From the NCBI GenBank assembly GCA_964457935.1, contig CAYWFC010000001.1, forward strand, positions 1-45,819: 45,819 bases of DNA. Direction: 5' to 3'. The notes under the pieces are model-generated. The model was not told the origin of the DNA. It searched no databases and was given only the letters and a program-made list of their open reading frames with translations. The DNA comes from an uncultured Lachnospiraceae bacterium. GTDB taxonomy: Bacteria > Bacillota > Clostridia > Christensenellales > UBA1242. Below, piece by piece: positions 41,349-45,819 of this stretch (position 1 is the first letter of the stretch; each line of letters opens with the position of its first letter). The position numbers and the translations under genes are program-made.

Positions 41349-42170
41349 ATGGCAGGGACATTGTATCTGGTGGCTACACCGATAGGTAATCTAAAAGACA
41401 TCACACTGCGTGCGCTCGAAGTATTGCGCGCGGTGGACGTGATAGCGTGCGAAGACACTAGGCACAGCGCCATATTGCTACAGCATTATGACATCAGCAA
41501 GAGACTGATAGCCTATCACAAGCACAACGAGCAAGCCAGTGCGCAAGGATTGGTGGCGCTACTCAAGAGTGGCAAAGATGTGGCATTGATCAGCGACGCC
41601 GGCATGCCTGTCATCAGTGACCCGGGCAATGTGCTGGTCAATAAAGTGATAGCAGAAGGACTGCCTTATACTATTATACCGGGGGCAAGTGCTGGGTTGA
41701 GTGCGCTGGTGCTGTCGGGATTTTCGGCAGAGAAATTTGCATTTTTTGGATTTTTGTCCGAAAAGAACAAAGTGCGCGCACAGCAGATAGCAGACATTGG
41801 TGCGTTCGGTGGCACTGCTATACTATATAGTAGCTGTCACAATGTAAATGACGACCTTAGGGATTTGTACGCAGGGCTAGGAGACAGGCAGGTGTGCGTG
41901 TGTAGCGAGATCACCAAAATACACGAGACGGCTAGTATTAGCAGTCTGGCTGACGCTGTGGTCGATGAGCCAAAGGGCGAATACGTGCTGGTGCTAAAGG
42001 CTGGCGAAAAAACGGCACCCACTCTATCGGATGACGACATAGTAGCGAGAGTGGACAGCTACATCGCGCAAGGCATGCGCAAGACTGACAGTATCAAAAT
42101 GGTGGCGAGTGATGTCGGTCTAGCGAAGAGCGAAGTGTACAATCTGTACGAAAAGACTAAACGAGAATAA
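41349..42170 (+). CDS. rsmI: 16S rRNA (cytidine1402-2'-O)-methyltransferase
   Basis: MAGTLYLVATPIGNLKDITLRALEVLRAVDVIACEDTRHS is the canonical RsmI tetrapyrrole-methylase-fold N-terminus. The SD is GAGGAG. Confidence 0.93.
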   Translation: MAGTLYLVATPIGNLKDITLRALEVLRAVDVIACEDTRHSAILLQHYDISKRLIAYHKHNEQASAQGLVALLKSGKDVALISDAGMPVISDPGNVLVNKVIAEGLPYTIIPGASAGLSALVLSGFSAEKFAFFGFLSEKNKVRAQQIADIGAFGGTAILYSSCHNVNDDLRDLYAGLGDRQVCVCSEITKIHETASISSLADAVVDEPKGEYVLVLKAGEKTAPTLSDDDIVARVDSYIAQGMRKTDSIKMVASDVGLAKSEVYNLYEKTKRE

Positions 42171-42202
42171 CTGACGGGCTTTGCCCCAAAATGGAGAGAT
42201 AT

Positions 42203-43132
42203 ATGTGGGAAGTATTATTAGATGCGCTGATAGATAGCGCCAAGATGTTGCCGATATTGTTTTTGGCATATCTTTTGGTGCAGTATTTCGTGCATAGGAA
42301 CAAAGAAAAGTCTGTGGCTATGGTCAGCAAGAGCAAGAAGACAGGACCATTGGTCGCGTCGCTATTGGGTTTGTTTCCGCAGTGCGGTTTTTCGGCAGTA
42401 ATGGCGGACTTTTTTAGCAAAAAATACATCACCATTGGCACACTATTTGCGGTGTTTATCGCGACGAGTGATGAGGCGATAGTGATATTGCTGTCTTATC
42501 CGTCAAAATATCTGCAATTATTGCTATTGATAGGGCTGAAGTTTGCGCTGGCGGTGATCATAGGGTATGCGGTGGACACTATATTTGGAAAGCAAAAGAC
42601 TGTGCCAGTGCACGACGATGAGTGTCTGGCTGGGACGCACGAGCATTGCCACGAGCATCCGCATGAGCACCACGAGCACAACGAGTGCGCAGAGCATACT
42701 GACGCGTGTCATCACGATGAGGTGGGGTGTTGTTGCTGTGCGGACAATATTTTCCTGTCGGCGCTGAAGCAGACTATGGAGATATTTTTGTTCGTGTTGG
42801 TGGCGAATGTGCTGATAGGGATGCTACTGTATTTCGTGGATGCGCAGGTGCTGAAGAATGTGTTTGAGTCATACGCCATATTACAGCCGTTGTTTAGCGC
42901 GCTGGTGGGGCTGATACCGAATTGCTTCGCGAGTGTGTTTTTGGTACAAATGTTCGTGGATGGGGTGCTGTCATTTTCGGCGCTACTCGGCGGACTGTGC
43001 ACTGGCGCTGGCGTGGGGCTACTGGTGCTATTTAGAAAAAACAAAAATACCAAGCAAAATGTCCTCATATTGGTTGCTACCTTGCTGATAGGCGTGTGCG
43101 TGGGGCTGGTAGGCTTCGCTTTTGGGGTGTAA
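42203..43132 (+). CDS. Polytopic membrane protein with a His/Cys-rich loop (resembles the 'putative manganese transporter / arsenic efflux' family)
   Basis: The start is set at ATG 42203 after GGAGAG. GLFPQCGFSAVMADFF and FIATSDEAIVILL are family-like motifs, recalled from memory. The central loop is THEHCHEHPHEHHEHNECAEHTDACHHDEVGCCCC. Confidence 0.75.
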   Translation: MWEVLLDALIDSAKMLPILFLAYLLVQYFVHRNKEKSVAMVSKSKKTGPLVASLLGLFPQCGFSAVMADFFSKKYITIGTLFAVFIATSDEAIVILLSYPSKYLQLLLLIGLKFALAVIIGYAVDTIFGKQKTVPVHDDECLAGTHEHCHEHPHEHHEHNECAEHTDACHHDEVGCCCCADNIFLSALKQTMEIFLFVLVANVLIGMLLYFVDAQVLKNVFESYAILQPLFSALVGLIPNCFASVFLVQMFVDGVLSFSALLGGLCTGAGVGLLVLFRKNKNTKQNVLILVATLLIGVCVGLVGFAFGV

Positions 43133-43162
43133 AATTTTTTAGAAGAAATTTCGATTTGGGTA

Positions 43163-43191
43163 TTGACAAGGTCGGATTTGTGTGATATAAC
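43163..43191 (+). promoter_or_regulatory. Promoter of the 21-codon micro-gene
   Basis: TTGACA, a 17-nt spacer, then TGaTATAAC (extended -10). Confidence 0.65.
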
Positions 43192-43219
43192 ATAGGCCTA
43201 ACGAATATTGGAGTAAATC

Positions 43220-43285
43220 ATGAATCTAGCATTAGTCGCATTTATCTTAATTATGGGTTTGTGGCTAATCGCTCTGAAAAAGTAA
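43220..43285 (+). CDS. 21-aa hydrophobic micro-protein (MNLALVAFILIMGLWLIALKK)
   Basis: It is below the ORF-track size cutoff. GGAG lies 6 nt upstream of the ATG. A dedicated promoter sits upstream and a strong terminator about 80 nt downstream. The product is a single TM helix ending in KK. Confidence 0.5.
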   Translation: MNLALVAFILIMGLWLIALKK

Positions 43286-43362
43286 GACCCTTTGATTGAA
43301 GTTTCCTTTTATATCTAATAGTCGTTATTTTCTAGATTTTGACGAATTAAAGAAAAATGAAA

Positions 43363-43395
43363 ATACATCAACTTGCGTTGATGTATTTTTGTTTT
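43363..43395 (+). terminator. Rho-independent terminator
   Basis: ATACATCAAC-ttgc-GTTGATGTAT followed by TTTTTGTTTT. Confidence 0.8.
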
Positions 43396-43428
43396 GCGGG
43401 GAAATTTTATATTTTTTATTTTTTCTGT

Positions 43429-43485
43429 ATTTTCTATAATTTTTAATATTTTCTATAATTTTTAATATTTTCTATATTTTTTATA
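43429..43485. repeat. 19-bp tandem repeat (about 2.7 copies)
   Basis: ATTTTCTATAATTTTTAAT occurs twice exactly (43429-43447 and 43448-43466), followed by a partial copy. Confidence 0.8.
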
Positions 43486-43529
43486 ATAATTTATATTATT
43501 TTTCATTTTTTTAGTTATTTTTAGCAAAA

Positions 43530-44687
43530 TTACGCTACAAAATCACTATTTATCATATTGAAGTAATCAAACAAGCTAGGTGCTTTTACCGTCTCGTCGG
43601 CAAGAATATCTATGGTGTCTACCACTACGCCGTCTTTGATTATCTCGGCTGTACCGACTACATCACCTGATGTGACACTGAGTATTTTGTCTGGCAAATG
43701 ATACATCACAGTGTATGGGTTGGTGGTGTTTTTCTCTATGATAGCGGTGTATTCGCGCGCTGGCTTGAGCGCCAAAGTGCGGTTTTTGGCAGTCTGGATA
43801 GCGACCTTTTGGCTCGCGGTGCTCTGAGTATCTAACACTGCGACGCTGTCAAAGTTTGCGAAGCCGTAGTTGAGTAGGTCGCTGGCGTATTTGAAACGCA
43901 TCTTGCTGTTTTCTGCGCCGAGCACTACACTCACTAGGTACATACCGTTGCGTTTCGCGCTGACTGATAGACAGTAGCCGGCTTCGTTGGTCGAGCCTGT
44001 TTTGCCACTCTCGCAACCGTCGTAGTGGCGGATTAGTTTGTTGGTGTTGGCCATTTGATTTACCCTGCCGGATGGGTGAACGAAGTCCTCGAGCCATATC
44101 TTGCTATACATATTATATAATGGGTATTTGATGACAGCACACATCAGTTTCGCAATGTCACTAGCACTGCTGTATTGGTTAGGCGCAGGGAGACCGTTAC
44201 AATTCTCGTAGTTTGTGTCAGTCATATTTAATGCGCGGGCTTTGTCATTCATGAGTTTTACGAACGAGGCTTCGGAGCCGGCAATGTGCTCGGCTAGCGC
44301 GACCGCTGAGTCGTTGGCTGAGCAAACTATGACACTTTTTAATAAATTTTCCACTGTGTATTCGGCGCCAGTGTCAAGGAAAATCTGTGAGCCACCCATA
44401 CCTGATGCGTGTTCACTGACTACTACCTTGTCGTCCAAAGCGAGCGAGCCGTCGTCTAAGCGCTCAAGTGTGAGTAGCACTGTCATTAGTTTGACTATGC
44501 TGGCGACAGGCAAGTGCTCTGTGGCATTGTCGGAGTATAGGACATTTTGCCCAGTGCTGTCTACTAATATAGAAGCTTTTGCTTTCGCGTCTGTCGTAAA
44601 TGTGGCACAGTAAGTGACATGCATTGGTGCGATAGATACCCCAATGCACGCTAGTACTAATGCTGTAATAATCAAAAATTTTTTCAT
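43530..44687 (-). CDS. D-alanyl-D-alanine carboxypeptidase (S11, PBP5-type)
   Basis: A signal peptide is present. Motifs are SxxK (ASIVK), SxN (SAND) and KTG (GKTGST). A C-terminal beta-sandwich domain follows. The SD is ACGGAG. Confidence 0.9.
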   Translation of the reverse strand: MKKFLIITALVLACIGVSIAPMHVTYCATFTTDAKAKASILVDSTGQNVLYSDNATEHLPVASIVKLMTVLLTLERLDDGSLALDDKVVVSEHASGMGGSQIFLDTGAEYTVENLLKSVIVCSANDSAVALAEHIAGSEASFVKLMNDKARALNMTDTNYENCNGLPAPNQYSSASDIAKLMCAVIKYPLYNMYSKIWLEDFVHPSGRVNQMANTNKLIRHYDGCESGKTGSTNEAGYCLSVSAKRNGMYLVSVVLGAENSKMRFKYASDLLNYGFANFDSVAVLDTQSTASQKVAIQTAKNRTLALKPAREYTAIIEKNTTNPYTVMYHLPDKILSVTSGDVVGTAEIIKDGVVVDTIDILADETVKAPSLFDYFNMINSDFVA

Positions 44688-44908
44688 ACTCTTCTCCGTT
44701 TTGTTTTAGTATGGATAAAAATTCATCTTTTATGCAAAGTTGAATTTACGGCATTGCTTTGTGTTAATTTTGCTAAAAAGTGAATATTTTGCATAAAAAA
44801 TCAGTAATTTCGCGTAAAAATGTGCATTTTTGGGATAAAAAATGTATTTTTTCTATAATTCTATAATATTTTATTTGTTTTTTTATGAAAATTTGATATT
44901 ATATTAAT

Positions 44909-45700
44909 ATGAATATTAGAGAATTTATTTTAGACAAAAATTTACCAAAAGCAGAAATCGCTGTCGTTCTTGGCTCGGGACTAAATGACTTGCCGGACAA
45001 ATATCAACCTATCGCCACTGTGGCATTTGATGAAATACCGGGTATGCCAAGTGGTAAAGTCAAGGGGCACAAAAATACTATGCGAATATGCAATATCTGT
45101 GGCAAAAACGTGGTGTTTATGCAGGGTAGATTGCATCAATATCAAGGGCTGTCAGGGGATGAAATGCTAGTACCATATGAGTTTTTGCAAGCTCTCGGTG
45201 TCGAGACTATTATATGTACCAATGCGACAGGCAGTGCCAATATAGATATAGGGGTGGGTAGTATTGTATTAATCCGCGACCACATCAATCTTGCCAAAAA
45301 TCCCCTGATCAGTATATCTAATGCAGAACGAGATAAATTCGTGGATATGTCTAATTGCTACAATAAGGAGATAAATACTAAAATTAAAAGCATTGCAAAT
45401 CACCATAATATTGCCATTTTTGAAGGGGTTTATGCCAATTTTTCAGGTCCATCATATGAGACTGGCGCAGAGATAAAATTAGCAAAATTAATAGGCGCAG
45501 ACGTGGTGGGTATGAGTGGCGCCACTGAAAATATATTAATTAATTACCTTGGTATCAAAACAGTATGTATCAGTGTGGTGAGCAATATGGGTACAGGAAT
45601 AACTAATGACCACATCGAACACAAAGATGTTTTGGATGTGGTGGGTAAAGCCTGTGAGCCGTTGAGAATAATATTTGAAGACTTGATAAAAACTCTGTAA
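44909..45700 (+). CDS. punA: Purine nucleoside phosphorylase (trimeric PNP-I/PunA type)
   Basis: VLGSGL, GRLHQYQG, NATGS and GPSYETGAEIKLAKLIGADVVGMS are present. The gene is AT-rich. There is no SD, and TATTAT sits 6 nt before the ATG. Confidence 0.85.
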   Translation: MNIREFILDKNLPKAEIAVVLGSGLNDLPDKYQPIATVAFDEIPGMPSGKVKGHKNTMRICNICGKNVVFMQGRLHQYQGLSGDEMLVPYEFLQALGVETIICTNATGSANIDIGVGSIVLIRDHINLAKNPLISISNAERDKFVDMSNCYNKEINTKIKSIANHHNIAIFEGVYANFSGPSYETGAEIKLAKLIGADVVGMSGATENILINYLGIKTVCISVVSNMGTGITNDHIEHKDVLDVVGKACEPLRIIFEDLIKTL

Positions 45701-45730
45701 ACTTCCCCACACAAGAAAGAAATCAAATCC

Positions 45731-45768
45731 CTACAAAAAAATGTTCCACATGGAACATTTTTTTGTAG
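45731..45768. terminator. Bidirectional terminator with a 17-bp perfect stem
   Basis: CTACAAAAAAATGTTCC-acat-GGAACATTTTTTTGTAG. Confidence 0.8.
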
Positions 45769-45819
45769 TAGTAAGTAGTAGTAAGTAGTAGTAAGTAGTA
45801 GTAAGTAGTAGTAAGTAGT
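45765..45819. repeat. 10-bp tandem repeat GTAGTAGTAA x5.5, running off the window edge
   Basis: The copies are exact, starting from 45765. The array is truncated by the end of the window. Confidence 0.9.

Noticed and set aside
45765-45819. GTAGTAGTAA repeat as a DnaA-trio unwinding element
   Set aside because: The 10-nt period breaks the strict 3-nt phasing required of DnaA-trios. The adjacent boxes are only 7/9 matches embedded in a terminator palindrome, and the site is 8 kb from dnaA and truncated by the window edge.

Overview
This is a 45.8-kb chromosomal segment of a Bacillota (Firmicutes)-type genome. The evidence is the gene order holB, yaaT/ricT, yabB-like methyltransferase, rsmI, plus rubrerythrin and a SipW-type signal peptide protein. 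It includes the replication-origin neighbourhood: dnaA, an inverted dnaN, and DnaA-box clusters. Housekeeping genes recognised: nrnA, rbr, an SDR reductase, tRNA-Met and tRNA-Glu, typA, a Ca-type P-type ATPase, leuS, dnaN, queH, a phosphoglucomutase-family mutase, dnaA, holB, yaaT, rsmI, a D-Ala-D-Ala carboxypeptidase and a purine nucleoside phosphorylase. Accessory content: an ABC ATPase/permease operon ending in a 2014-aa Ig-like/beta-helix surface protein, four small XRE regulators, a YpsA-like SLOG protein and several small membrane proteins. The most interesting locus is a visibly AT-rich 2.4-kb three-gene cassette at 25.3-27.7 kb, encoding a ComF/PRTase-like protein, a DprA-like SLOG protein and a HAD phosphatase. 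It is bracketed by two 44/45-identical copies of a terminator hairpin. The PRTase + DprA-like pair matches what I recall of the ShosTA toxin-antitoxin/anti-phage system. The translationally coupled HAD gene would make it an undescribed three-component variant. Other features worth a second look: (i) many intergenic regions hold decaying tandem echoes of the adjacent gene's 3' end (stop codon included) or 5' end; (ii) a G8 tract sits in the 15-nt spacer of the promoter driving the giant surface-protein operon, a candidate phase-variation switch; (iii) two DnaA-box clusters share a GTGGAAATGTGGATAA composite, one next to dnaA/dnaN and one 23 kb away; (iv) seven genes lack a Shine-Dalgarno and have a -10 box 6-7 nt before the start codon, so they are probably leaderless; (v) a 21-codon hydrophobic micro-gene has its own promoter, SD and terminator. 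All calls rest on reading the sequence and remembered family motifs; no database search was run.
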